Origin: an uncultured delta proteobacterium
GTDB taxonomy: Bacteria > Myxococcota_A > UBA9160 > UBA4427
Assembly (NCBI GenBank): GCA_963822965.1
Contig: CAWGJT010000005.1
Coordinates: forward strand, 1,248,001 to 1,312,000
Length of the DNA stretch: 64,000 nt
Direction of reading: 5' to 3'
Of the stretch, positions 19,245 to 28,622 are shown one piece after another (the first letter of the stretch is position 1; each line of letters opens with the position of its first letter). Below the pieces are notes generated by a model. The model was not told the origin of the DNA, ran no database searches, and saw only the letters and a program-made list of their open reading frames with translations. The translations under genes and the position numbers were made by a program.

Positions 19245-20123
19245 ATGGACGATCTGAACGGACGAGTCGCCGTCGTCACGGGGGGCGGAAGCGGGATTGG
19301 ACGCGGCCTGTGCCTCGGGCTCGCCGCCGAGGGAATGACGGTCGCGGTGGCGGACGTCCAGACCTCGAACGCCGAGGCCGTGGCCGCGGAGATCGAGTCC
19401 GCGGGCGGACGGTCCTTCGCGGTGGGCGTCGATGTGACCTCCGCCCCGTCGCTGCACGCGGCCGCCAAGGAGGTGGTCGCGCGGGCGGGCGGCGTGAACC
19501 TGCTGTGCGCGAACGCGGGCGTGCTCGCCCGCATCGGGCCCCTCGAGGCCCACACCGCCCTGGACTGGGAGTACACGCTGTCCGTGAACGTGATGGGCGT
19601 CGTGAAGACGGTCGACGCCTTCCTGCCGGCGCTGCGCGAGAGCGCGCCGGATGCGCACATCCTGACGACCGCATCGCTCGGCGGGCTGGTCTCCGAAGTG
19701 CGAGCCCCAATCGGCGCGTACACCGCGTCGAAGTACGCCTGCGTGGGCTACAGCGAGATGCTGCGCGCCGAGCTCGAAGGCCAGGGCATCGGCGTGTCCG
19801 TGCTGTGCCCGGGCGTCGTCACTTCCAACCTGATGGGCACCTCTGCCGAGAACCGACCCGACGCGTTCGGAGAGCAGGCCGCCCCGAAGCTGACGCCGGA
19901 GCGCGGCGGCAACGATGCGGCCCGGCTCGCCGGCTTCGCGATGTCGGCCGAAGACGTGGGGCCGACCGTGATCCGTGCCATCCGGGCGAACCGTTTCCAC
20001 GTGCTCACCCACCCGCAGGCGAGGCGGCTCGTCGAGGATCGCTTCCGCGCACTGCTCGAGGACTTCGACTTCGCGGAGTCCGGGCGCACGAAGCCGGGCA
20101 AGAAGCAGAGAGAGGAGAGCTAG
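19245..20123 (+). CDS. Short-chain dehydrogenase/reductase
   Basis: VTGGGSGIG, CANAGV, YTASK, VLCPG. Confidence 0.92.
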   Translation: MDDLNGRVAVVTGGGSGIGRGLCLGLAAEGMTVAVADVQTSNAEAVAAEIESAGGRSFAVGVDVTSAPSLHAAAKEVVARAGGVNLLCANAGVLARIGPLEAHTALDWEYTLSVNVMGVVKTVDAFLPALRESAPDAHILTTASLGGLVSEVRAPIGAYTASKYACVGYSEMLRAELEGQGIGVSVLCPGVVTSNLMGTSAENRPDAFGEQAAPKLTPERGGNDAARLAGFAMSAEDVGPTVIRAIRANRFHVLTHPQARRLVEDRFRALLEDFDFAESGRTKPGKKQREES

Positions 20124-20125
20124 GG

Positions 20126-20566
20126 ATGGCACAGGTTCCGATCGCGAAGGGCATCTTCAGCTGGCCCTCGGACGACCCCCAGCTGATCGGCGGGCGCTGC
20201 AGCGCATGCGGAATCGTCACCTTTCCCGCCCAGGACGCCTGCCCGCGCTGCGCCTCGACCCGGATGGCCGAGCACCTGCTGGCGCGGCGCGGCCGTCTGT
20301 GGGCCTGGACGACGCAGGAATTCCCGCCGCCCTCGCCGCCCTACACCGGGCCCAGCGGCGACGACTTCGTCCCCTACGGCGTGGGCTACGTGGCGCTGGG
20401 CGGCGAGGTGCGCGTCGAGAGTCGCCTCACCGAGACCGAAGGGCTCGAGACCGGCATGGAGATGGAGCTCGTGGTGGTGCCGTTCCGCACGGACGAAGAG
20501 GGCAACGAGGTCGTGACGTTCGCATTCCGACCCATCGGTGCAAGCGAAACGCGCAGCGAACCCTAG
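20126..20566 (+). CDS. Zn-ribbon/OB-fold (DUF35, ChsH2-like) protein
   Basis: CSAC...CPRC, GRLWAWT, TFAFRP. Confidence 0.9.
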   Translation: MAQVPIAKGIFSWPSDDPQLIGGRCSACGIVTFPAQDACPRCASTRMAEHLLARRGRLWAWTTQEFPPPSPPYTGPSGDDFVPYGVGYVALGGEVRVESRLTETEGLETGMEMELVVVPFRTDEEGNEVVTFAFRPIGASETRSEP

Positions 20567-20592
20567 CCGAGCGAAGAAGGGAAGGAGAAGAG

Positions 20593-21735
20593 ATGGACGT
20601 CGCGATCGTAGGCGTGGGGCTTCACCCCTTCGGCCGCTTCGGGGACCTGACGGGCATCGACATGGGCGCGATCGCCGTCCGCAAGGCCCTGGCCGACGCG
20701 GGCATCGAGTGGAAGGACGTCCAGTTCGCCTTCGCGGGAAGCTACGAGATCGACAACCCCGACGCGGTGGTCGCGTTCCTGGGGCTCACGGGCATCCCGT
20801 TCACCAACGTCTACAACGGTTGTGCGACAGCCGGGAGCGTGCTTTCGCTCGCTGCCGACACGATCCGGCTGGGCGACCACGACCTCGGCATCGCCATCGG
20901 CATGGACAAGCACCTGCCGGGCGCCTTCAGCGCCGACCCGCGCCTCTACGCCTGCCCGTCGTGGTACGGAGAGCAGGGTCAGTTCCTCACTCCCAAGTTC
21001 TTCGGGATGAAGATCAACAAGTACATGGGCGACCACGGGATCGCCTCCCGAACGCTGGCCCGGGTGGTCGCCAAGAACCTGCGCAACGGCGCCCTCAACC
21101 CGAACGCCTTCCGGCGCAAGCCGATCCCGGAGGAGGAGATCCTCCGTTCGCGCATGCTCAGCCATCCGCTCACCCAGTACATGTTCTGCAGCCCAGACGA
21201 GGGCGCGGCGGCCGTGGTGCTGTGCCGGGCCGACCGGGCGCACCGCTACACCGACAAGCCGATCTACCTCCGCGCCAGCGCGGTGCGAACGCGGCGGCTC
21301 GGCGCCTTCGAGGTGCACAGCCCCTGGCTCCCGGTCGAGGAGACCGTCGGCCCCACCGTGGACGCGTCGCGGGCCGCCTACGAGAAGGCGGGCATCGGGC
21401 CCGAGGACGTGGACGTGATTCAGCTGCAGGACACCGACGCCGGCGCGGAGGTGATCCACCTGGCCGAGAACGGCTTCTGCGCCGACGGTGAGCAGGAGAA
21501 GCTCGTAGCGGACGGCGAGCTCGAGATCGGCGGACGGCTGCCCGTGAACACCGACGGCGGGCTGCTCGCGAACGGCGAGCCGATCGGCGCGTCGGGGCTC
21601 CGACAGATCCACGAGGTGGTGTTGCAGCTGCGTGGCCAGGCGGGCGAGCGTCAGGTTCCGGGCGACCCGAAGGTCGGCTACACGCAGCTCTACGGTGCGC
21701 CCGGGGTGGCGGGCGTGTCGATCTTGTCGCGGTAG
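20593..21735 (+). CDS. SCP2/Ltp-type thiolase-family protein
   Basis: VAIVGVGLHPFGRF, NGCATAGS, CSPDEGAAAVVL, PVNTDGGLLANGEPIGASG. Confidence 0.9.
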   Translation: MDVAIVGVGLHPFGRFGDLTGIDMGAIAVRKALADAGIEWKDVQFAFAGSYEIDNPDAVVAFLGLTGIPFTNVYNGCATAGSVLSLAADTIRLGDHDLGIAIGMDKHLPGAFSADPRLYACPSWYGEQGQFLTPKFFGMKINKYMGDHGIASRTLARVVAKNLRNGALNPNAFRRKPIPEEEILRSRMLSHPLTQYMFCSPDEGAAAVVLCRADRAHRYTDKPIYLRASAVRTRRLGAFEVHSPWLPVEETVGPTVDASRAAYEKAGIGPEDVDVIQLQDTDAGAEVIHLAENGFCADGEQEKLVADGELEIGGRLPVNTDGGLLANGEPIGASGLRQIHEVVLQLRGQAGERQVPGDPKVGYTQLYGAPGVAGVSILSR

Positions 21736-21808
21736 AGGGCGGGGACACGAGAGCCAGTCCGTCCGCAGGATCGCGAACGTAGGATTCACAGGAGAGGTTC
21801 GAGCGTCC

Positions 21809-23284
21809 ATGAGCGACTTCAGCCAGCCCGAGGGGCGTCTGTTCATCGACGGTGAGTTTCGCGATGCGCGATCCGGCGCCGTCTACGAGAACGTCAATCC
21901 CGCCACCGAGGAGGTGATCGGGCAGGTCGCGGACGCCGCGGCGGCCGAAATGAACGACGCCATCGCGGCCGCCCGTCGCGCCTTCGACGAGAGCACCTGG
22001 GCGACCGACCGCGCCCTGCGCAAGCGCTGCTTGGTGCAGCTCCGCGAGGGGCTCGAGAAGGAGAAGGAGAACCTGCGCCAGCAGACCGTGGCCGAGGTGG
22101 GCTCTCCTCTCCAGCTGACCTACGCGGTGCAGGGCGACTCGGTGATCGCGGACCTGGGCTGGGTGACGGAGCTGATCGAGCGCTTCGAGTGGAAGCGCGA
22201 GCTCCCGGTTCACGAGTTCTTCGGAATGAAGAGCCGCCGGCAGGTCTGGAAGGAGCCGGTGGGCGTGGTGGGCGCGATCACGCCCTGGAACTTCCCGTTG
22301 CAGGTCAACCTCTCCAAGGTCGGCCCCGCCCTGGCGGCCGGCAACGCGGTGGTACTGAAGCCCGCGCCGGACACGCCCTGGAACGCGTCCTTCATCGCCA
22401 GGGTGGTGGCCGAGTACACGGACATCCCGCCCGGCATCTTCAACGTGGTCTCCTCTGCGGACCCTGCGGCCGTCGGTGAGGTGCTGACCACGGACCCGCG
22501 CGTGGACCTCGTCACCTTCACGGGCTCGACGGCCGTTGGCCGGCGCATCATGGCGGCCGGCTCGGAGACCCTGAAGAAGGTCTTCCTCGAGCTCGGCGGG
22601 AAGTCGGCGAACATCGTCCTCGACGACGCGGACCTGGCGAAGGTGTGCGGCTTCGCCGGAATGTCCGTGTGCACCCACGCGGGGCAGGGCTGCGCGATGA
22701 CGACGCGGCTGCTGCTTCCGCGCTCCCGCTACGAAGAGGGCGTCGAGATCGCGAAGGCGTCCTTCGAGGCCGTGAAGTACGGCGACCCGACCGACATCCA
22801 GAACGTCATGGGCCCGCTGATCAACGCCCGCCAACGCGAGCGGGTGCTGGGCTACATCCAGAAGGGAGTCTCCGAGGGCGCCCGCCTGGTCACCGGCGGC
22901 AAGCGGCCGGCACACCTGCCCAAGGGCTACTACGTGGAGCCCACGCTCTTCGCCGACGTGGACAACGCGATGACCATCGCCCAGGAGGAGATCTTCGGGC
23001 CCGTGCTCGTCGCGATTCCCTTCGACGACGACGACGACGCGGTTCGCATCGCCAACGACTCGGTCTACGGACTCTCGGGGGGGATCATGTCGAGCTCGGA
23101 GGAGAGGGCGCTGGCGGTGGCAGCGCGCATCCGGACCGGCACGCTCGCGGTCAACGGCGGCCTCTGGTTCGGTCCCGACGCGCCCTTCGGCGGCTACAAG
23201 CAGAGCGGGGTGGGTCGCGAGATGGGCGTCGAGGGCTTCTCCGAGTACCTCGAGACGAAGACGATCGGCCTGCCGGCGACCTGA
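21809..23284 (+). CDS. Aldehyde dehydrogenase
   Basis: ITPWNFP, FTGSTAVG, LELGGKS, AGQGC, EEIFGPV. Confidence 0.95.
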   Translation: MSDFSQPEGRLFIDGEFRDARSGAVYENVNPATEEVIGQVADAAAAEMNDAIAAARRAFDESTWATDRALRKRCLVQLREGLEKEKENLRQQTVAEVGSPLQLTYAVQGDSVIADLGWVTELIERFEWKRELPVHEFFGMKSRRQVWKEPVGVVGAITPWNFPLQVNLSKVGPALAAGNAVVLKPAPDTPWNASFIARVVAEYTDIPPGIFNVVSSADPAAVGEVLTTDPRVDLVTFTGSTAVGRRIMAAGSETLKKVFLELGGKSANIVLDDADLAKVCGFAGMSVCTHAGQGCAMTTRLLLPRSRYEEGVEIAKASFEAVKYGDPTDIQNVMGPLINARQRERVLGYIQKGVSEGARLVTGGKRPAHLPKGYYVEPTLFADVDNAMTIAQEEIFGPVLVAIPFDDDDDAVRIANDSVYGLSGGIMSSSEERALAVAARIRTGTLAVNGGLWFGPDAPFGGYKQSGVGREMGVEGFSEYLETKTIGLPAT

Positions 23285-23299
23285 GCCCAGCGATTTGGC

Positions 23300-23662
23300 T
23301 CAGTCCGGGGGCCGCTTCGCAATCACGTACTCGTCGACCGGACGCCCCCCGATCAGGTGTTCCTGGATGATCCGCTCCAGGACCTCGGGGCTGCACGCGC
23401 GGTACCAGACGCCTTCGGGGTAGACGACCGCGATCGGCCCCTGCATGCAGATCCGCAGGCAGTTGACCTTGCTGCGGTAGACGCCACCGTGATCGACGAG
23501 CTCGAGCTCGGCCAGGCGTCTCTTCAGGTAGGCCCAGGACTCGAGGCTGGACTCCTTGCGTGAGCACTTCGGCTCGCTCTGATCGGCGCACAGGAAGATG
23601 TGGCGCTCGATCCTCTCGACACCCAGTCTCTCGACGGTCTTGCGTAGGAGCTTCTCCAACAT
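23300..23662 (-). CDS. Thioredoxin-like (2Fe-2S) ferredoxin
   Basis: HIFLC...C...[21 protein letters not shown]. Confidence 0.9.
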   Translation of the reverse strand: MLEKLLRKTVERLGVERIERHIFLCADQSEPKCSRKESSLESWAYLKRRLAELELVDHGGVYRSKVNCLRICMQGPIAVVYPEGVWYRACSPEVLERIIQEHLIGGRPVDEYVIAKRPPD

Positions 23663-23770
23663 CGCTCAGCGCCCGGCAGCCCGGTAGTCGTCGTGGCTCC
23701 CCGAGCTCCACATCCCGATCGAGTCGGCGTTCGTGTTCGGCGGGTAGCGCATGAACAGGAATCCTCGCTC

Positions 23771-23809
23771 TTGCAATCATACTCTCATTTGCAGAGAATG
23801 TGATTTCCC
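23771..23809 (+). promoter_or_regulatory. Promoter/operator copy C, upstream of a decayed CoA-transferase
   Basis: TTGCAA-TCAT-ACTCTC-ATTTGCA-GAGAAT-GTG-ATTTCC. Confidence 0.75.
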
Positions 23810-23841
23810 ATCGACCCGAGGGCGGGACGACACAGGCGACG

Positions 23842-24020
23842 ATTCTCGCGGGCGTGCGGATCCTGGAGGCACAGCTTCGTACCGGCCGCTTCGGCAGTGA
23901 CCTCCGGCCTGCGCGCGGACTCTCGGCGGCGCGAGCGTCCGCAAGCGACTCGAGATCGACGTCGAGCAGATCCGCGCCGCCAACCCACGGATCATCCCCG
24001 TGCGCGGCACCGGACGGGAC
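23842..24020 (+). pseudogene. Class III (CaiB/BaiF) CoA-transferase remnant
   Basis: Disjoint fragments ILAGVRILE, FVPAASAV and VRKRLEIDVEQIRAANPRIIPVRGTG, separated by a frameshift and large deletions. Confidence 0.7.
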
Positions 24021-24259
24021 AGTGGGGACTCTTCGATCTCGAGCATGGGTATGCGTGGGGTGCGACGGGGACGTGGAACATCGAAGTGCCTCCCGCTCAT
24101 TCTCTTGAGTGACGTAGCCGCCGGCACCTGGGTGCTGCGACGCGCGCGTGATCACCGAGCGGATGGGGGCTACCCAATCGCGCCGCGCGATCTCGCCCTG
24201 CTCGCTCGTCGAGCCTCGAGACCCTCCGGGGTCCTGGCGGACGCGGTAGACTCGATGCC

Positions 24260-26281
24260 ATGTCCGCACAAGCGCGCCGGTTGGCGGCGATCCTATCCGC
24301 GGACATCGCGGGCTACTCCCGGCTGATGGCCGACGACGAGGATGCGACCATCGCGATGGTCACGTCCCGTCGCCAGCAGGTCGGGCTGCTTCTGGAGCAG
24401 CATCGCGGGCGCCTCGTCGACTTCACCGGCGACAACTTCCTGGCGGAGTTCGCGAGTGCCGTCGACGCCGTCGAGTGTGCGATGGCGATCCAGCAGGTCG
24501 GTGTCGCGCTGAACGCGTCGCTGTCTGCGAGCCGCAAGATGGAGTTCCGCATCGGGATCCATGTGGGCGAGGTCCAGGTCCAGGAAGAGCGTCTCTTCGG
24601 GACGGGCGTGAACATCGCTGCGCGCCTCGAAGCGCTCGCAAAGCCGGGTGGCGTCTGCATCTCGGCGAAGGTCTACGAAGAGGTTGCCAGCCGGACGGCG
24701 TTCTCGTTCGGCGATCTCGGCGAGCAGTCGGTCAAGAACATCCCCGACCCGGTGCGAGCGTACGCGGTGGGGGCGCCGGGTACCGCCGTGGCCGTGCCGC
24801 GTCGTCGCCGGTCCGCGCCGCTTGTCCTCGGCGCGCTGCTGGTCGCGGCCGCAGTCCTGGGCGCGACGTTCTGGTGGGTTCGTGGGGGATCGCGTCTGCG
24901 CTTCGCCGGACGTCCGCCGCCGACCTCGGTGGTGGTGCTTCCTTTCGACGACATGAGCGCCGACCGGAGCTACGCGTACTTCGGCGAGGGGATGAGCGAA
25001 GAGCTCACCAACGTGCTCGCCCAGCTGCCGGACCTGAAGGTGATCGGCCGAACCTCCGCGAAGGCCGTACACGGCGAGGGGCTCGCCGTGGAGGAGATCG
25101 GGGAGCGTCTGGACGTCGGCGCGGTCGTCGAAGGCAGCGTGCGGCGGGAAGGCGAGAAGCTCCGGATCACCGTGCAGGTGATCGAGACCGGCGACGGATT
25201 CCATCTCTGGTCGCGAAACTTCGACCGGCGCGTGGAGGACGTCTTCGCCGTGCAATCGGAGATTGCGGCCGACGTGGCCGCCGTGCTCGACCTCCGTCTC
25301 AAGGCCGCGAACGCACCGCCGCCGACCTCCGACTTGAAGGCCTACGACGCCTACCTCACCGGGCGCAGCGCCCAGAGCCGCCAGACACCGGAGGACATGC
25401 GCGTCGCCATCCAGCGCTTCGAGGAGGCGACCCGGGCGGACCCGGAATTCGGGTTGGCCTACTCCGGTCTGGCCGATGCCCTGACCCTCTCGTGGGCGTT
25501 GGCGCTGGACACGAGCGAGTCGATCGTGCCGCGTGCCCGGCGCGCGGCGGAGCTCGCCGTAGAGCACGCACCCGACTCGGCGGAAGCCCACACCTCCATG
25601 GGTCGGATCCACTGGTTCGACCGGAAATGGTCGGAGTCGGAGGCCTCGTTGCGGCACGCGATCGAGCTGAACCCGGGGTACGCGTTCGCCCACCAGAACC
25701 TGGCCCTGGTGCTCGTGAACCAGGGCATCGTCGAGGAACGTGTGGCCGCCATCAACCGCGCGGTAGATCTCGAGCCGCTGTCGCCGTTCATGGCAGTCAA
25801 CCTGTCCACGATCCTGGGCGCCGTCGGCGAGCAGGAGGGCTCCGCCCAGGCGGCGCGGCGGGCGATTGCACTCGAGCCCGACAACCCGTTCGGGCACTTC
25901 CTCCTCGCCGGTGTGCTGTGGAACAGCGGCGACAGTGACGGGTCGTTCCAGGCGCTGGAGGGCGCGCCCTTCCCGGAGCCCGCCAAGCGAGCGGTGCGCG
26001 AGGCCTACGCGTCAGGGGGGATCGACGCCGCCTGGGCTCGCCTTCTCGAAGCCGTGATCGCGGTCACGGGTGACCCCTGCGGAGGCGTGAACGGTCCCGG
26101 TCTCCATACGATGGCCGGCAACCGGGAGATGGCGCTGTCGTGTCTCGAGCGCGCGGTCGACGTGCCCGGGCTCTACATGAACCTCTACCCAAAGCTACAC
26201 CCGCTCTTCGACCCGCTCCGCTCCAATCCCCGCTTCGACGCCGTGCTCGCAGGCATGAACCTGGCGGACTCCACGAATTAG
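24260..26281 (+). CDS. Adenylate/guanylate cyclase-TM-TolB-like-TPR protein
   Basis: ILSADIAGYSRLM, FTGDNFLAEF, GVNIAARLE, TM segment, VVLPFDDMS, C-terminal TPRs. Confidence 0.92.
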   Translation: MSAQARRLAAILSADIAGYSRLMADDEDATIAMVTSRRQQVGLLLEQHRGRLVDFTGDNFLAEFASAVDAVECAMAIQQVGVALNASLSASRKMEFRIGIHVGEVQVQEERLFGTGVNIAARLEALAKPGGVCISAKVYEEVASRTAFSFGDLGEQSVKNIPDPVRAYAVGAPGTAVAVPRRRRSAPLVLGALLVAAAVLGATFWWVRGGSRLRFAGRPPPTSVVVLPFDDMSADRSYAYFGEGMSEELTNVLAQLPDLKVIGRTSAKAVHGEGLAVEEIGERLDVGAVVEGSVRREGEKLRITVQVIETGDGFHLWSRNFDRRVEDVFAVQSEIAADVAAVLDLRLKAANAPPPTSDLKAYDAYLTGRSAQSRQTPEDMRVAIQRFEEATRADPEFGLAYSGLADALTLSWALALDTSESIVPRARRAAELAVEHAPDSAEAHTSMGRIHWFDRKWSESEASLRHAIELNPGYAFAHQNLALVLVNQGIVEERVAAINRAVDLEPLSPFMAVNLSTILGAVGEQEGSAQAARRAIALEPDNPFGHFLLAGVLWNSGDSDGSFQALEGAPFPEPAKRAVREAYASGGIDAAWARLLEAVIAVTGDPCGGVNGPGLHTMAGNREMALSCLERAVDVPGLYMNLYPKLHPLFDPLRSNPRFDAVLAGMNLADSTN

Positions 26282-26404
26282 CAAGAAGCAGGCCAGGCTC
26301 GAGGCAGAGCGCGCGCGATCACCCGCGAAACATGTGGCACATTCGGGACTGCTCGTTCGGGCCAGTGGCAGAAAACCGCGGGCGCCGGCGACGAAGGTGG
26401 ATCG

Positions 26405-27400
26405 ATGAGCGCGGCATTTCCGACGTTTCGGCCAAGGGCACCGTGGTTCGGTGCCGACCTCCAGACGCTCCGCAACGTGTTGCGCGGACCCGTGATCAAC
26501 CCCTCCGGCCGAAACGCGACGGAGATCGTACTGCCGCTCGACGACGGGACCGGAGATGCCCTCGTGGGCGCATTGGATCAACCGTCGTCGGCACTGGGCG
26601 GGAAGGAACTCGTCGTGCTGATCCACGGCCTCTCCGGCTCGGCCGACAGCGCATACATCCTGGCGAGCGCGAGCGCATGGCTCGAACGCGGGCATCCCGT
26701 CCTGCGCTTGAACCTGCGCGGCGCCGGTGCGTCGCGCCAGTACTGCCGGCTGCAGTACCACGCAGGGAGGACGGACGACCTCCGCAACGCACTGCGCGCA
26801 GTCGGCCCGGATGCCCTGCGGAACGGGCTCATCCTGGTCGGCTACTCGCTCGGTGGGAACATGCTTCTGAAGTTCCTCGCCGAGTACGGCCGCGATCTAC
26901 CGATCCTCGCCGCGGCTTCCGTCTCGGCGCCGATCGACCTCTCCGCCGCGTCCCAGCGCTTTCTCGCGCTCCGCAACCGCCCCTATCACCGGCACCTGCT
27001 AGCGACGATGAAGCTCGAGTGCTTTGGCGGAAGATCCGAGATCTCGGAGCCGGAGCGGAGCGCCGTCGAGGCAGCGCAGACCATCTACGACTTCGACGAG
27101 AACTTCGTCGCTCCGCGGAACGGCTACCGCGACGCAGAGCACTACTACGCCGAGAACCACGCCCGGCAGTTCCTCGACGAGATCCGCGTGCCCACTCTCG
27201 TCATCCACGCACTCGACGACCCCTGGATCCCGGCTACGAGCTACACCTCACACGAGTGGCACGCGAACCCACGAGTCCATCCACTGCTAGCGCCGGGCGG
27301 CGGTCACGTGGGGTTCCATGGGCAGGGTGCGCGACTACCGTGGCACGACCGCTGCATCGGAATCTTCGTGGACCACGTCAAGTCAGGAGGCGATCCTTGA
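26405..27400 (+). CDS. YheT-family alpha/beta hydrolase
   Basis: HGLSGS, GYSLGG nucleophile elbow, HALDDPWI, GGHVGF. Confidence 0.9.
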   Translation: MSAAFPTFRPRAPWFGADLQTLRNVLRGPVINPSGRNATEIVLPLDDGTGDALVGALDQPSSALGGKELVVLIHGLSGSADSAYILASASAWLERGHPVLRLNLRGAGASRQYCRLQYHAGRTDDLRNALRAVGPDALRNGLILVGYSLGGNMLLKFLAEYGRDLPILAAASVSAPIDLSAASQRFLALRNRPYHRHLLATMKLECFGGRSEISEPERSAVEAAQTIYDFDENFVAPRNGYRDAEHYYAENHARQFLDEIRVPTLVIHALDDPWIPATSYTSHEWHANPRVHPLLAPGGGHVGFHGQGARLPWHDRCIGIFVDHVKSGGDP

Positions 27401-28224
27401 GCTCGAGCAGGACCCATCTCGTCGTCGGAGGATTCCCGCCTGGAGCGTCGGCCGCCCACGACATGGACTACGCGAGGCTGCGTCTGCTGCGCCTGCTCGA
27501 TGAGACGTGCGTCGTGCAGGTCACCGTATCGAGCGACTTCGCCGACCTCGAGCGGTGGCTTCCCGACTGCGATCTCCTGGTGAGCTACGTCGCCGGCCCG
27601 CACCTGGATGGGAAGCAGAACGAGCTCGTCCAGGACTGGCTCGCGCAAGGGGGCCGCTGGCTCGCACTCCACGGCACGAGTGGTGGGCGCGCCGGGCGCG
27701 TCGAGGGGAAGCCCCATGCGCGCCGCATGCTGAAGCTGCCCCACCACGAGTCGCTGGGGTGCTTCTTCCTGAATCACCCTCCTATCCGCCGCTTCCGGGT
27801 GGACGTGGCGAGCTCCAGTCACCCGCTGGTACAGGGCCTGCCCGCGTCGTTCGAGGTTCAGGACGAGCTCTACTTCATCGAGCTGCTCGATCCCGACCAC
27901 AGCGAGGTGCTGCTCACCACCGAGCTGCCGCACGACCCGGACCCCGCCTTCGGCTTCACGGTCGACGCAGACACCTCTCTGCTCCCGGACCAGAAGACCC
28001 GGGCGCTCGCCTACGTTCGAGACGTGGGGAGCGGAGGCGTGGCCTACGTTGCCCTCGGGCACTGCCACTCGCCGGCGACGAACGGCCAGCCCTACGTGGA
28101 TACGAGCGTCGACCCCGACGGCAAGACCCCGCTGCTCTTCCGCGGTGCGTGGGAGAACGAGGCGTTCAACCGTCTGCTGAGCAACGCCCTGCTGTGGGGA
28201 ACCGCGCGCGACCGCCTTCAGTAG
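27397..28224 (+). CDS. ThuA-like domain protein
   Basis: AHDMDYARLRLL, GGRWLALHG, FLNHPP, DELY, YVALGH; TTG start overlapping the upstream stop. Confidence 0.8.
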   Translation: MSSSRTHLVVGGFPPGASAAHDMDYARLRLLRLLDETCVVQVTVSSDFADLERWLPDCDLLVSYVAGPHLDGKQNELVQDWLAQGGRWLALHGTSGGRAGRVEGKPHARRMLKLPHHESLGCFFLNHPPIRRFRVDVASSSHPLVQGLPASFEVQDELYFIELLDPDHSEVLLTTELPHDPDPAFGFTVDADTSLLPDQKTRALAYVRDVGSGGVAYVALGHCHSPATNGQPYVDTSVDPDGKTPLLFRGAWENEAFNRLLSNALLWGTARDRLQ

Positions 28225-28622
28225 GCACGGCGGGAGCGCGGGATCGACACCGCACCGCTTCGGCCTCGAGGCCCCCGGTCCCAAGGGACGCAGTGGCCGG
28301 CCCGTGCGCCGAGGAGTGGCTCAACAACGACGACGGTCAGGCGCGCGCCGCTCGACGAGATCCTAGACTGCTATCTTCGACCCAACGCCAAGGGATATCG
28401 CTCGCTTCTGGAGGTTCGGGTGTCGTCTCGCCACAAGTTCTCCATGTCGTGTGGATCGAATCCGCAATTCAGTGCCTCGGTGGTGGAGCGGGTGACTTCC
28501 AACCCTCCGGTCAACGCGGACGCGCGCGACCTGCCGGCGCCTGCTAGCGACCGCGCTGCGCGCGCCGGTTACCGGGCACGCTCGGCTGTGGATGACATGC
28601 GAGTGAATGAGGTGCCATCCTC

